Under the pieces are notes generated by a model. That model saw only the letters and a program-made list of their open reading frames with translations. It was not told where the DNA came from and did not search any database. From the IMG/VR virus record IMGVR_UViG_3300028805_000101, positions 8,369-72,368 of that record: 64,000 nt of DNA, one strand, 5' to 3'. Shown in pieces: positions 39,807-50,008 of this stretch (positions within the stretch are counted from its first letter, which is position 1; every line of letters begins with the position of its first letter). The position numbers were made by a program, and so were the translations under genes. This stretch comes from a virus (taxonomy: Duplodnaviria > Caudoviricetes).

Positions 39807-40241
39807 TTATTTAAACATTTCAGCAACATCTTGTTTTTTCATTTGGATCTGTATTGTCTTGTATGACAATATAAGTTTTCTAATGTGGTTTATTGTAGTA
39901 TTATTACACTTATTATCGTTATATTCATTTCTTTCTCTACTAGCAGATATAAAACTATTTGTACCTATACACTTATCACCAATATAATGAGATATGCTAT
40001 GAAGATTAAGTTTTTGTATCAATGAACATTCTATCCAACATTCATTTTCCCTAGTATATTTAAATTGAATGTCGCCTAATTCATATCCATTATATGTAAT
40101 CGTGTAAATTAATATACCACTGTCTTTCATATCTAAGACAGTTATAACACAGCCAATAGCTCTAATTTCCTTTAACAAGAAATTATCTAAATAATTCTGC
40201 AGATTTTCACTAGAATGTATTTCTGGATATGTGAATTTCAT
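39807..40241 (-). CDS. DF-tail family variant (MF)
   Basis: Start at MKFTYP; ends MKKQDVAEMFK. Confidence 0.7.
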   Translation of the reverse strand: MKFTYPEIHSSENLQNYLDNFLLKEIRAIGCVITVLDMKDSGILIYTITYNGYELGDIQFKYTRENECWIECSLIQKLNLHSISHYIGDKCIGTNSFISASRERNEYNDNKCNNTTINHIRKLILSYKTIQIQMKKQDVAEMFK

Positions 40242-40248
40242 ATATGAT

Positions 40249-40277
40249 AATTTAACAAAAGATTGAGATTTTGTCAA
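40249..40277 (-). promoter_or_regulatory. Promoter TTGACA-17-TAAATT at the late/early block boundary
   Basis: -35 40272-40277, -10 40249-40254. Confidence 0.6.
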
Positions 40278-40282
40278 ATTTA

Positions 40283-42730
40283 TCAATATTCTATAAATTC
40301 GGATGATAATATACCGTTTGAACCTCTATCAAATGAACAGATAGTTCGTTTACTATTAGTCCAAGTAACATTGTCTATACGAATATACACATCTTCAAAT
40401 CCTGTTTTTACAATACCACCTGAGCCATTCATTTTCATGGCGGGAATACCACCCTGATGATTTACATAAGCACCAACAGAACCCCACCAGTTACCAGATG
40501 TACCATTATTACAGCACCAATAAGTATTTCCATTATTATGATACAAACCACCAAAACCGTGAGATACATATCCTTCGGTTAAAATTCTTGTAATGGCACT
40601 AGCTGTAACATCAGCAAATACAGCCACATTTGGATTTTTAGACTGAATCCATCTTGCCTTATATATTGGTGATGTAGTTTCTTCTTGCTGAATTACCATA
40701 AATTCCCATTTATCCACCATATCACAAATAGAGCCATCAAAGAATCTATTGGTATCTTTATACACACCTGTTCTAAATGGATCTGTACCAGTAAATAAAT
40801 ATGTAGCAGGTGCATTATGATGAACTATCCTTACCCAACAAGAACCATCTGGTTCAAAATATAAATTTGTATCGTATTTACCTGGAAGTTCAGATATATT
40901 TGATGCTTTTGATATACCCGTTCTTGTATGTGAGATAATTGAATTACCTTCTTCAATAGATGTTGTAAATAATTCTCCTTTATTGGATATAGAAATTGGA
41001 TTATTATATAATGCTTTTACATCTTCTGGTGATAATGCTTTTCCATAAATTCTAAAATCGGACATCATTCCCTGAAAATAGTTTGAATCACTTAATGAAT
41101 CGGTTGAAGATCTACCTAAACTTGCTTTATTATTTGATTTTGAAAGTGTAGAACTAGCAGTGACACTTGAAACTTGAACACCATTCAAATAAGTAATTTT
41201 ATTACCACCATATTTCCAGGTCACAGCAAGATGATACCATTTATTGCTTACCAAGGTTGTACTACATGTTGTTTGATTATCATCATCTACTCTTAATTTA
41301 CTTCCTATAAGAAATATACCTATGGCTTTACCAGTTGTAGTTCTACCATTCCAAATACATTGTTGTTTAGAAATACTTGAACTATTAAACCACAATGATA
41401 TAGTAAATTCTTTAGTTGTTGATTTTATTGGATCTGGTATTGGATATATACAATTACCACCTGATATATTTAGAGATCTTTCATATCTAGGTGTAGAATT
41501 ATTTGTTGTAAGTGTTCCATTAAGTGAAGAATGTCTACTATATCCGCTTACATCCTCCACTGTATTTAAACCATATCCAAGCATGGTATATTGTGGTTGA
41601 TTTGGTCCTGGTACGAATGTAGTATAACTATCTTCTTCTATTTTAAAATCCCAAAAATAATGTGTAATTGAAGTTGAACCATCTGAATATAAATTCGTTC
41701 TAAATGTTATATCTTGAGCATTACTTGGTGATGTCCATTTCCATACATATAAATTATTTTGCGGATCATTTATATAAATGTTATTTACATTTAAATTTGG
41801 TGCAGAATCATATTGACCTATAGCTTTTGAAGTACCTTGATTTCTTAAATATAAGAATATAGTAAACTGGTTTCTTTTCGCTAATGTATCAATACTTTCA
41901 TGTGCTCCAGGCACAGCATCACTATGTACAGTAATATAATATACTTTTCCTGGTGTTAAAGTTACAAGAGAATCATTACCTAAATATTTCATACCATCTT
42001 TTGCAGAAGTAGTATGTACAATTGGATTGGATTGTGAATATTCTCTTGACCAAGTTAATAAATTTGGATTTCCAGGTAAACTATTTACTTCATCTAATTT
42101 ATAGTGTATTAAAAGTCCATTAGAAATTTCATGAATTTCTTTATCACTTAATGTATTATTATAGATTCTAAAATCACAGATTGAACCAATTAAAGGATAA
42201 ATGTTTCCACCACTATAATAGAAACAACTTAAACCTACACCAACACTTTCTGCAAAAGTAGGTAATGTACCACTAAATGTAGCAGTAGTTTTTAAAGTAC
42301 CATCAAGATAAATTTTAATTTCCGTTCCTTGTCTAGTAAATGTAATATGATGCCATTCATTATCTGGTACACCAGTAACTTCCCAAAATGTTGTACCAAA
42401 TACTATACGAACACTTGTAGTAGAATAAACTTGTAAACCATATCCCCTACCACCTGCATCGGCTCTACCGTTAGTAAATGCCCACATAGAATTTGCAGTT
42501 TTTGCTGAAAAGTTTTTATTTATCCAACAACACCAAGAAAAATCGTCATTTATAAAATTTAATTCCGTTGTAGAAGTAGTAATTCTTTGACCAGCATTAT
42601 TATTAAATGTAGCACAACCACCAATAGGGCTAGTATTACCCCAAGATGCAGGTGAACCTGTAGTATAATAATCTGATATACCTTGATTCTTGTTATCACT
42701 AATTAAGGGCAACCATAATTTCAATGCCAT
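40283..42730 (-). CDS. Virion protein with two LamG/concanavalin-A-like domains (putative adhesin/receptor-binding protein)
   Basis: WHHITFTRQG, ICDFRIYNNTLSDKEI, WYHLAVTW, MSDFRIYGKALSPEDV. Confidence 0.8.
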   Translation of the reverse strand: MALKLWLPLISDNKNQGISDYYTTGSPASWGNTSPIGGCATFNNNAGQRITTSTTELNFINDDFSWCCWINKNFSAKTANSMWAFTNGRADAGGRGYGLQVYSTTSVRIVFGTTFWEVTGVPDNEWHHITFTRQGTEIKIYLDGTLKTTATFSGTLPTFAESVGVGLSCFYYSGGNIYPLIGSICDFRIYNNTLSDKEIHEISNGLLIHYKLDEVNSLPGNPNLLTWSREYSQSNPIVHTTSAKDGMKYLGNDSLVTLTPGKVYYITVHSDAVPGAHESIDTLAKRNQFTIFLYLRNQGTSKAIGQYDSAPNLNVNNIYINDPQNNLYVWKWTSPSNAQDITFRTNLYSDGSTSITHYFWDFKIEEDSYTTFVPGPNQPQYTMLGYGLNTVEDVSGYSRHSSLNGTLTTNNSTPRYERSLNISGGNCIYPIPDPIKSTTKEFTISLWFNSSSISKQQCIWNGRTTTGKAIGIFLIGSKLRVDDDNQTTCSTTLVSNKWYHLAVTWKYGGNKITYLNGVQVSSVTASSTLSKSNNKASLGRSSTDSLSDSNYFQGMMSDFRIYGKALSPEDVKALYNNPISISNKGELFTTSIEEGNSIISHTRTGISKASNISELPGKYDTNLYFEPDGSCWVRIVHHNAPATYLFTGTDPFRTGVYKDTNRFFDGSICDMVDKWEFMVIQQEETTSPIYKARWIQSKNPNVAVFADVTASAITRILTEGYVSHGFGGLYHNNGNTYWCCNNGTSGNWWGSVGAYVNHQGGIPAMKMNGSGGIVKTGFEDVYIRIDNVTWTNSKRTICSFDRGSNGILSSEFIEY

Positions 42731-42740
42731 AATAAACCTA

Positions 42741-45700
42741 TTAATTAAAGATAAAATCTACTGAATTAGTTGCTGTATTATATTCCATTGTAGCACTTGA
42801 TGTGATACCAAACTTATTTGCTCTTACCATTTTTGTACTTGGATTGACTGTAACAACATCAGCAAATCTTGCACCAGCAGTTACTGTAGTTGTACCACTT
42901 GAATCTTTTGTTAAGATTGGATAGAATACATTATCACTTGTAACAGTTTGAGAAACCTTTGTATCAGTATTTGTTGCCCATGTACTACTATTGGCAGTAA
43001 CAGCACTCCAAGCACTCCAGCCAGATTTAGCACTATTTGTTAAACCTGCTTTGTTAGTATTCCAGTCAGCTGCATATCCACTAGCCGTCTGTATATTGGA
43101 TAAATGTGTAGCTGTAATGAAGTTTGCAGTTGTATATGTAGTATCTTTTGCTGTAATCGTTATTTGTGAATTACTTGCAGATGTAAATCCAATATTTGTT
43201 CCTGCATTAAGTTTCAATGCACTTAAATAATATACCCCAGTAGTTGTTCCATTTATTCCAGAAACTTGGAACCCTGATGGAATGTATGCTGTAGAGTTGT
43301 CATTTTTTGCTGAAATGTAAATATCATTTCCACTAACAAAGAATTGTATATTTGAACCAGATGGCTTGAAGTTCACACCTGCAGACACATTTACAGCAAT
43401 ACCATTACCACTCAATTTATAAGCATGATTGTGTCCAGATAATGCATATCCACCAGGAAGAACACCACCAAGTTTATCCGAATCCGCTGCTTTTGCTGCA
43501 TTGGTTGCAGATGTAGCAGATTTAGCATATAGAGCACTCGTACCATCAAAGTATGTTGATTTGTCGCTTGCATTTGCTATATCATTTCTAGCACTAATAC
43601 CAATTGCTTTAGTACCAGCACTAGTTATGTTTATATTCGTACCAGCACTTAGTTGAATACCGGCAGATACATTGAATGCTGTTGTATTTGCACTAATTGT
43701 GTAGTTGTGGTTATGGGATGCAACCGGAGCAGCACCTGCAGAAGTTGCATATGTTGCAGTTCCAGCATTTTTAGCTGAAGTAGCACTACAAGCACTTCTA
43801 GCAGAATTACCAGAAAAATAAGTAGCCGTATCACTATGGGATGCAATAGTATGTGATGCAACAGGCGCAGCCTTTGCACTTAATGCATATTTAGCGGTTA
43901 ATGCGGACAATGCCGAAGGAGCAGCCGTAGTACCACTAAAATATGTTGCTGTGCCATTTAATGCTGATAAATAATGGTTATGGTTAGTTAGCGAATATCT
44001 ATATACTGGAACTGTTGTTGGAACAGCATCATAAACACTTTGTTCTACTTCAATATTTTGTGTTGTTACGGTATTATTTGTATTTAATACAGAATAATAT
44101 ATAGTTCCCCAACCACCTACTTTAACATAAACTTCGGTGTTATCGGTTGTATGAGAAGTCTTAAATTCAAGACTTAAATCTTGTTCTGTTAATAAATAAA
44201 CTCTATCTTTATTACCTGTTCCTTGGTAATTATCATTTCTTATAACTAATAAACCTTCACCATTATTATCACCACTATCTCTTGAACCAAATATAAATGT
44301 TGTTGGTGTTGCTTTAGAACCAAATGTCAATGTACACATTTTATAATAATGTGCTGAACCATTATTTGCATTAATAATGAATGGCTTTAAATGTCTTGAA
44401 TGTATAGCAGTTCCACTCAAATTACCACTAAATGTAGTTGCTGTGATATTAGTTGAAGATATATTTTTAACTAATAATTTATTTGAACTTGGATTATATG
44501 TAAAGTCACTATCATAACCTACGGTAGTACTTGCTTTATTTTCACCAAATAAAATATATCTAGCAGAATCAGCATTCCATTGAGAGGCATTTACATTTGC
44601 TGCTGTACCAGCACTTGCCGCTTTAGCCGCAGAACCTGCACTCAGTGCAGATTTAGAAGTCAAAGCAGATAATGCAGACGGTGCCGCAGTAGTACCACTA
44701 AAGAAATTAGCAGTACCATTCAAGGCAGTCATATTATGGTTGTGGTCTGTAGTAGAATAATCACCACTAGCCTTAAATGCCATTGTACCAAATGAAATTG
44801 TCTTATCTGTGCTTTGGTTTAGTGTAAATGTTTGTGAAGTACTTGGCGAAGCAGCAGTAGTAATTGTAATGGTCTTATTGTTTACCGTTGGTATAGTATA
44901 GGTCTTTGAACTAATAGTGAGCGAATTAGCACCACTAACGAAATCTATATTATTGCCAGCAATTAGTGTAAATTTATCAGCAGAATTAGCTGGAGCAAAT
45001 GAACCTTTACTTGCAGAACCACTAGCAGCAGAAATTGAAGCATAATTCTTTATGTTCTTTACACCACTAACACCTGTCAAAGCACTATATTCAGTAGAAT
45101 TTACACTATTCAATGAAGTATAAGTAGTATCTTTAGCAGATATGTTAATAGTATTAGCAGCAGTACTAATGGCTATATTTCCATTTGGTTTTAAGTTTAT
45201 ACCAGCAGAAACATCTAATGCTGTTCCAGCACCACTCAATTTATAATTGTGGTTATGGTTTGATGGTGAAAAATCACCACTTGCCTTGAAGGCCATTGTT
45301 CCAAGTGTAATGGTCTTATCGCTATTTTGGTTCAATGTGAACGAACCAGTTGCTGGTGAAGCACCAGATGTAATTGTAATTGTTTTATTATTAGGTATTG
45401 TATCTTTTGCAGTAATACCAATTATATTTGTTCCAGCAGAAACTAGACCAATGTTCGTACCAGCGCTCAATTGAATGTTACTAGATACATTGAATGCAGT
45501 TGTTCCGGCCGAAATTTTATAATTGTGGTCATGTGCTATAAATGGGGCAGCCCCAGCTGATGTAGCATAATTAGCTGTGCCAGCATTTGTCGCATAATCA
45601 GCAGAAGTAGCACTAGAAACTTTAATATTCTTATTTGTTAGATTGTAAGCATTTGTAGCACTTGTTGCTGATTTAGACCATTTAGCACTATTGCCATCAA

Positions 45701-47558
45701 ATCGTGCAGCTGTCCAAGTATTGAAATCAGCCGTCTTATGGTAATCACTCAAATCAGTTGATGTATCACCAATCAATAGGAAGTCTGCAGTTGTACCATC
45801 CGTACCTGTAATAACATATTCATTATACCTGTCAGTACCAGTACCAACAGGACCAACAAGATAGATTGCAGTCTTATCATATGGTGTTGTAAAATTATCT
45901 AATGAAGTTTCAGGACCAATGAATGCAGCTTTAGTTACCATAGATGCAGTAACGAAATCATAAACTGCTTTTGGTGTTGTGAATTTATTTGTAGTAGAAC
46001 TATTTACTGTTCCTGTATGAGCAGAAATTGCTTTCCAAGGAACATTATTAACGGTTGCATTACCTGTTACACTAGCAGCACCATTGAATGACACAGACCA
46101 AGTAACATCACCACTAGCCGCAATGTTTCTAGCCGAAGTTAATTTAGTAGCACTACCAGCACTATTAGCATAATTTGCGGTTTGAGAATACTTAACAGTT
46201 ATGGCTGTGTTTGTTAAATTTGCAGCATTTGTTGCAGACCCAGCCAATGAAGCATAGTCAGCACTAGTAGCACTAGATACTTTAATGTTCTTATTGGTTA
46301 GTGTATCTGCACTAGAAGCACTTCCAGCTAATGTTGCGTAATCTGCGCTTGTTGCGCTTGATACTTTTATGTTGGTGTTTGTTAGTACAGCAGCACTAGT
46401 AGAACTACCTGCTTTAGTTGCGTAGTCCGCGCTAATAGAAGAATTTACCTTTATTGCTGTATTAGTTAATGTTTCTGCTTTAGAAGCTGAACCGGCTTTC
46501 GTAGCATAGTCGGCACTTGTTGCAGATGCTACTTTAATTCCTGTATTTGTTAGAACTTGGGCAGATGTTGCCGAACCAGCTTTAGTTGCATAATTAGCAC
46601 TATTGGCTGTACCAGCAAAAGTAGCAGCACTATTACTTGAATAACTTTTTGCTAGATAGTCATCTTTATGTGCTGTAATCCAAGCACTAGCAGCAGCACC
46701 ACTATTGGCACTTTTTACTAAATTTGTTTTTGTGCTATTCCAATCATTAGACCAAGTATAAGCATTACTAATGTTTGTAGCAGAACTAGCTGTTATAAAA
46801 TCGTTCGCACCATAAGTAGTATCTTTAGCCGAAATGTAAATGTCTTGTCCACTTACATAGTATTTGACATTATTTCCAGATACTTTTAATCCAATATCAT
46901 TCTTAATACTAAGTGCCGTGCCATCGGTACCATTTACTTTTACAAGATATTCGTGGTCATGTGGAGCAACTGGAGCTGCACCAGCACTAACAGCATAATC
47001 AGCACTTGAAACTTTTATATTCTTGTTTGTTAATATAGATGCTGAAGTGGCACTTGTTGCTTTATCAGCACTTTTAGCACTGCCATTAGTGAAATATGAA
47101 GTTACACCGCTAACACCGGTTAAAGCTTTATATTCATTTGTATTAATGCCATTTAATGAAGTATATGTAGTATCTTTTGCTGATAATGTAATTGTTTTAT
47201 TTGCAGTTGTAACTGATATATTTCCACCATTTACTATGGATAAAGAATCAGCTGATGTAGTAGCATTTATTCCAGCAATGGTTTTAAATGTTTTAATACC
47301 TTTTAGATTAGTAATGTCAGTTTGGTTTGCTGTTACCCAAGCCGATGCGGCTGCACCTGATTTAGCAGAATTTATAACATTATTTGCAGCTGTACCACCT
47401 AGATTTTGAGCATTGTTCGCTACGGCAGCACTACCGGCAGACTTAGCAGAATCAACTGTTAATTTAGATGGTAATTCATCATAAAATGCTTGTAAACCAC
47501 TAATGTTTACATACTTATTTTTCTTACTAGAAATTGATGGGTCTATTGGATTTGCCAT
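42741..47558 (-). CDS. Long Ser/Ala/Thr-rich tail-fibre-like protein with internal repeats and HxH motifs
   Basis: About 1605 aa from MANPID; 28-aa repeats, duplicated modules, seven H[DN]H motifs. Confidence 0.75.
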   Translation of the reverse strand: MANPIDPSISSKKNKYVNISGLQAFYDELPSKLTVDSAKSAGSAAVANNAQNLGGTAANNVINSAKSGAAASAWVTANQTDITNLKGIKTFKTIAGINATTSADSLSIVNGGNISVTTANKTITLSAKDTTYTSLNGINTNEYKALTGVSGVTSYFTNGSAKSADKATSATSASILTNKNIKVSSADYAVSAGAAPVAPHDHEYLVKVNGTDGTALSIKNDIGLKVSGNNVKYYVSGQDIYISAKDTTYGANDFITASSATNISNAYTWSNDWNSTKTNLVKSANSGAAASAWITAHKDDYLAKSYSSNSAATFAGTANSANYATKAGSATSAQVLTNTGIKVASATSADYATKAGSASKAETLTNTAIKVNSSISADYATKAGSSTSAAVLTNTNIKVSSATSADYATLAGSASSADTLTNKNIKVSSATSADYASLAGSATNAANLTNTAITVKYSQTANYANSAGSATKLTSARNIAASGDVTWSVSFNGAASVTGNATVNNVPWKAISAHTGTVNSSTTNKFTTPKAVYDFVTASMVTKAAFIGPETSLDNFTTPYDKTAIYLVGPVGTGTDRYNEYVITGTDGTTADFLLIGDTSTDLSDYHKTADFNTWTAARFDGNSAKWSKSATSATNAYNLTNKNIKVSSATSADYATNAGTANYATSAGAAPFIAHDHNYKISAGTTAFNVSSNIQLSAGTNIGLVSAGTNIIGITAKDTIPNNKTITITSGASPATGSFTLNQNSDKTITLGTMAFKASGDFSPSNHNHNYKLSGAGTALDVSAGINLKPNGNIAISTAANTINISAKDTTYTSLNSVNSTEYSALTGVSGVKNIKNYASISAASGSASKGSFAPANSADKFTLIAGNNIDFVSGANSLTISSKTYTIPTVNNKTITITTAASPSTSQTFTLNQSTDKTISFGTMAFKASGDYSTTDHNHNMTALNGTANFFSGTTAAPSALSALTSKSALSAGSAAKAASAGTAANVNASQWNADSARYILFGENKASTTVGYDSDFTYNPSSNKLLVKNISSTNITATTFSGNLSGTAIHSRHLKPFIINANNGSAHYYKMCTLTFGSKATPTTFIFGSRDSGDNNGEGLLVIRNDNYQGTGNKDRVYLLTEQDLSLEFKTSHTTDNTEVYVKVGGWGTIYYSVLNTNNTVTTQNIEVEQSVYDAVPTTVPVYRYSLTNHNHYLSALNGTATYFSGTTAAPSALSALTAKYALSAKAAPVASHTIASHSDTATYFSGNSARSACSATSAKNAGTATYATSAGAAPVASHNHNYTISANTTAFNVSAGIQLSAGTNINITSAGTKAIGISARNDIANASDKSTYFDGTSALYAKSATSATNAAKAADSDKLGGVLPGGYALSGHNHAYKLSGNGIAVNVSAGVNFKPSGSNIQFFVSGNDIYISAKNDNSTAYIPSGFQVSGINGTTTGVYYLSALKLNAGTNIGFTSASNSQITITAKDTTYTTANFITATHLSNIQTASGYAADWNTNKAGLTNSAKSGWSAWSAVTANSSTWATNTDTKVSQTVTSDNVFYPILTKDSSGTTTVTAGARFADVVTVNPSTKMVRANKFGITSSATMEYNTATNSVDFIFN
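46151..46601 (-). repeat. About five tandem 28-aa (84-bp) coding repeats SADYATxAGSAxxAxxLTNxxIKVxSAT
   Basis: Read directly in the translation of 42741..47558. Confidence 0.85.
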
Positions 47559-47562
47559 AATA

Positions 47563-47569
47563 TATTTAT
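47563..47569 (-). promoter_or_regulatory. Putative late promoter ATAAATA (T4 TATAAATA-like)
   Basis: Same heptamer sits a few nt upstream of the ATG of four structural genes (also 49983, 51030, 58984). Confidence 0.55.
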
Positions 47570-47574
47570 GACAA

Positions 47575-47601
47575 ATGCTAAACCTCATAAAGGTTTAGCA
47601 T
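47575..47601 (-). terminator. Hairpin after 47630..49282
   Basis: ATGCTAAACCT-N5-AGGTTTAGCAT. Confidence 0.7.
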
Positions 47602-47629
47602 CATATTTTAATAGATTATTTTGATTATT

Positions 47630-49282
47630 TTACCATTTAATCCCAGATACTATTTCTCCTGATGTGTATGGTGTTAATCCCATATTGCCAGAATTAGTAG
47701 TAATCCAATTCAAAGCAGATTGACCTGATTGAGCAGAACCAATTAAATTGTCAATGGTAGAAGTTGTACCATTAGCACCACTTATATTAGTTCCACTAAA
47801 ACCATCATTTGCGATAATTTTTTCAGCAGAAATTGTATCGCCATTTATTAGAGAAGATACTGCAGCACTAGCAGCATGACCTTCCTGCATATATGTTATC
47901 GCAGAATCACTCAAGCCATAAGTAATATCATAAGTATTAGCAGTTGAACCTGTAACCCAATCTCCAATAGTAAATGTTGTTTTATATCCACTAGCATTTA
48001 ATGTAATTGAAGTACCACTTGTGCTTGTTGTTGATGTCAATCCAATAGTTGTATTTTTACCAGCCGCAGTTGTTACACCAGTTATAGTCTGTTTAGCATG
48101 TGCTGTTACCCAATCATAAGCAGCACTACCAGCGGAAGCAGAAGTAATTACATTAGTTGCATTTTGTGCTGTAGAACCTTCACCAACATTTTGTGCATAT
48201 TGTGCGGTTGAAGCACTACCGGCACTATTTGCGCTTCTTGATGTACCACTAAATAGACTATTTGTTGAATCACGCCAGTCAGTAAATGATGATGTTTTAA
48301 GATAATCAGTTAGGTCAGTTGAAGTATCACCTATTTTTAAGAATGACCCAGTTACAGTAGCATCAGCAGTCAATACATATTCTTCATATTTGTCTTCACC
48401 AGATCCACTAGGACCAATCAAGTAGATACTTAATTTATCATAATCACCAGTTGGGATAGCATTTAATGTTTCATATGGTCCTTTGAATGCTGCTTTAGTA
48501 GACATTGATGCTGTAATAGCATCATTTACTTGTTTTGGTGTTACGAAACCAGATTCAGTTGTAGCATCTACACCACTAGCACTAACATTAGTCATTGCAG
48601 ACCAAGGAACATTAGTAATTTGTAGATTACCCGTTACATCACTTGAACCATCAAAAGAAACTGACCAAGTACCGTGTCCTGTTGCAGAAATAGTTCTAGC
48701 GGTTGCTAATTTTTCAGCTTCCGCAGCTGTACCACTTAAGTTACCAGTAATAGATTGTGCAGATATACCAGTAAATATAGCACTTGTACCACTAGCAGTC
48801 AAAGCAGTCAAATTGGTGGCACTAATGGCAGTAGATGATAAATTTGTAGCCGTTACATTTTTAGCAGATATATTTTCATATTTGGCTGAATTACCTTCAG
48901 CAGTTAATGCTGTAATGTTAGTAGAACTTATCGTATCTCCACTTATATTTGTAGAAGATATTGTTGTTATTGTAGCACTTGTACTTGTTAAATTATTGGC
49001 AGTTACATTTTGACCAGATATAGCAGTCGCAGTAATACTTGGAATACCACCACCAGTGAAATTATCAATCCAAGCAGATGCGGCTGAACCACTAGAAGCA
49101 GCACCTGATAATGAAGCCATGTCTGAACCTTGCATGGCTATGTATTTTGATATAGCACTATTGGCGATTGGATGGTCGCTAGTTAAATTAAAATCTAAAT
49201 CAGCACTTGTTTTTTTCTTTAATTCGTCATAGAATGCTTGTAAACCACTAAGGTTAACATATTTTCCTGATTCATCTGCCAT
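47630..49282 (-). CDS. Fibre-like virion protein, paralogous to 42741..47558
   Basis: Shared KYVNxSGLQAFYDEL N-terminus and a shared ~145-aa TPK...IGDTSTDL module. Confidence 0.75.
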   Translation of the reverse strand: MADESGKYVNLSGLQAFYDELKKKTSADLDFNLTSDHPIANSAISKYIAMQGSDMASLSGAASSGSAASAWIDNFTGGGIPSITATAISGQNVTANNLTSTSATITTISSTNISGDTISSTNITALTAEGNSAKYENISAKNVTATNLSSTAISATNLTALTASGTSAIFTGISAQSITGNLSGTAAEAEKLATARTISATGHGTWSVSFDGSSDVTGNLQITNVPWSAMTNVSASGVDATTESGFVTPKQVNDAITASMSTKAAFKGPYETLNAIPTGDYDKLSIYLIGPSGSGEDKYEEYVLTADATVTGSFLKIGDTSTDLTDYLKTSSFTDWRDSTNSLFSGTSRSANSAGSASTAQYAQNVGEGSTAQNATNVITSASAGSAAYDWVTAHAKQTITGVTTAAGKNTTIGLTSTTSTSGTSITLNASGYKTTFTIGDWVTGSTANTYDITYGLSDSAITYMQEGHAASAAVSSLINGDTISAEKIIANDGFSGTNISGANGTTSTIDNLIGSAQSGQSALNWITTNSGNMGLTPYTSGEIVSGIKW

Positions 49283-49294
49283 AATTTATTCCCT

Positions 49295-49978
49295 CTACCA
49301 TTGTATAAAATCATTAACTTGTGCAGTAGTTGCTGCATTGTCAGCAGTACCTACATTTATAATTTTGCCATTTTGTTGTTCAATAGCAGTAATTACATAA
49401 TATGGTTCAATTGTATATGATGTAGTTGCTGCCGCAATAGTATTTTCTACATTATTAAGTCTATTGTTAATGTTTGATATAGTTGAAGACATTGCTGATA
49501 TATTTGCACTATTTTCATTAATTCTAGCATTTATAGCCGATATAACATCACCAAAATCAGCACTAGTTATATAAGTTTCATCTATTATATTACCTTTTCT
49601 ATCTCTTTCAGCAAACTTTGCATAGATAGGATAAGTTTCACCAGTCTGCTCATATTCAGCCAATGGGGCAATACCACTAGCACATTTACCACCAGACAGA
49701 TTACCATAGTTAATCTTATTTAGATTGCTTTTAATATAATCTATTTTTGTTTCAAATTCAGCAATCTTATTTTCAACATATTCATATTCTGCTTGAGTAT
49801 AGTCTTTTAATGCCTTAAAATCATTTTTTAAAGTCTGTAGTTCTGATGAACAAATACTCAACTTATTATTGAGAACTGTTACATTTTTATCAAAATTTGC
49901 TGTGATAAAATTGATTTCTTTCTCAATCTTCGCAATTAATTCATTAATATTTTTTGTCTGTACACCAAAACCAGTCAT
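49295..49978 (-). CDS. Coiled-coil virion-associated protein
   Basis: Heptad-rich segments; YAKFAERDRKGNIIDETY motif typical of fibre proteins. Confidence 0.65.
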   Translation of the reverse strand: MTGFGVQTKNINELIAKIEKEINFITANFDKNVTVLNNKLSICSSELQTLKNDFKALKDYTQAEYEYVENKIAEFETKIDYIKSNLNKINYGNLSGGKCASGIAPLAEYEQTGETYPIYAKFAERDRKGNIIDETYITSADFGDVISAINARINENSANISAMSSTISNINNRLNNVENTIAAATTSYTIEPYYVITAIEQQNGKIINVGTADNAATTAQVNDFIQW

Positions 49979-50008
49979 ATTGTATTTATGACTTTTTAAA
50001 GATTTCTT

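Noticed and set aside
35960-40241. Integron-like cassette array with attC sites
   Set aside because: Genes overlap or abut with no intergenic palindromic attC elements, and there is no integrase in the window.
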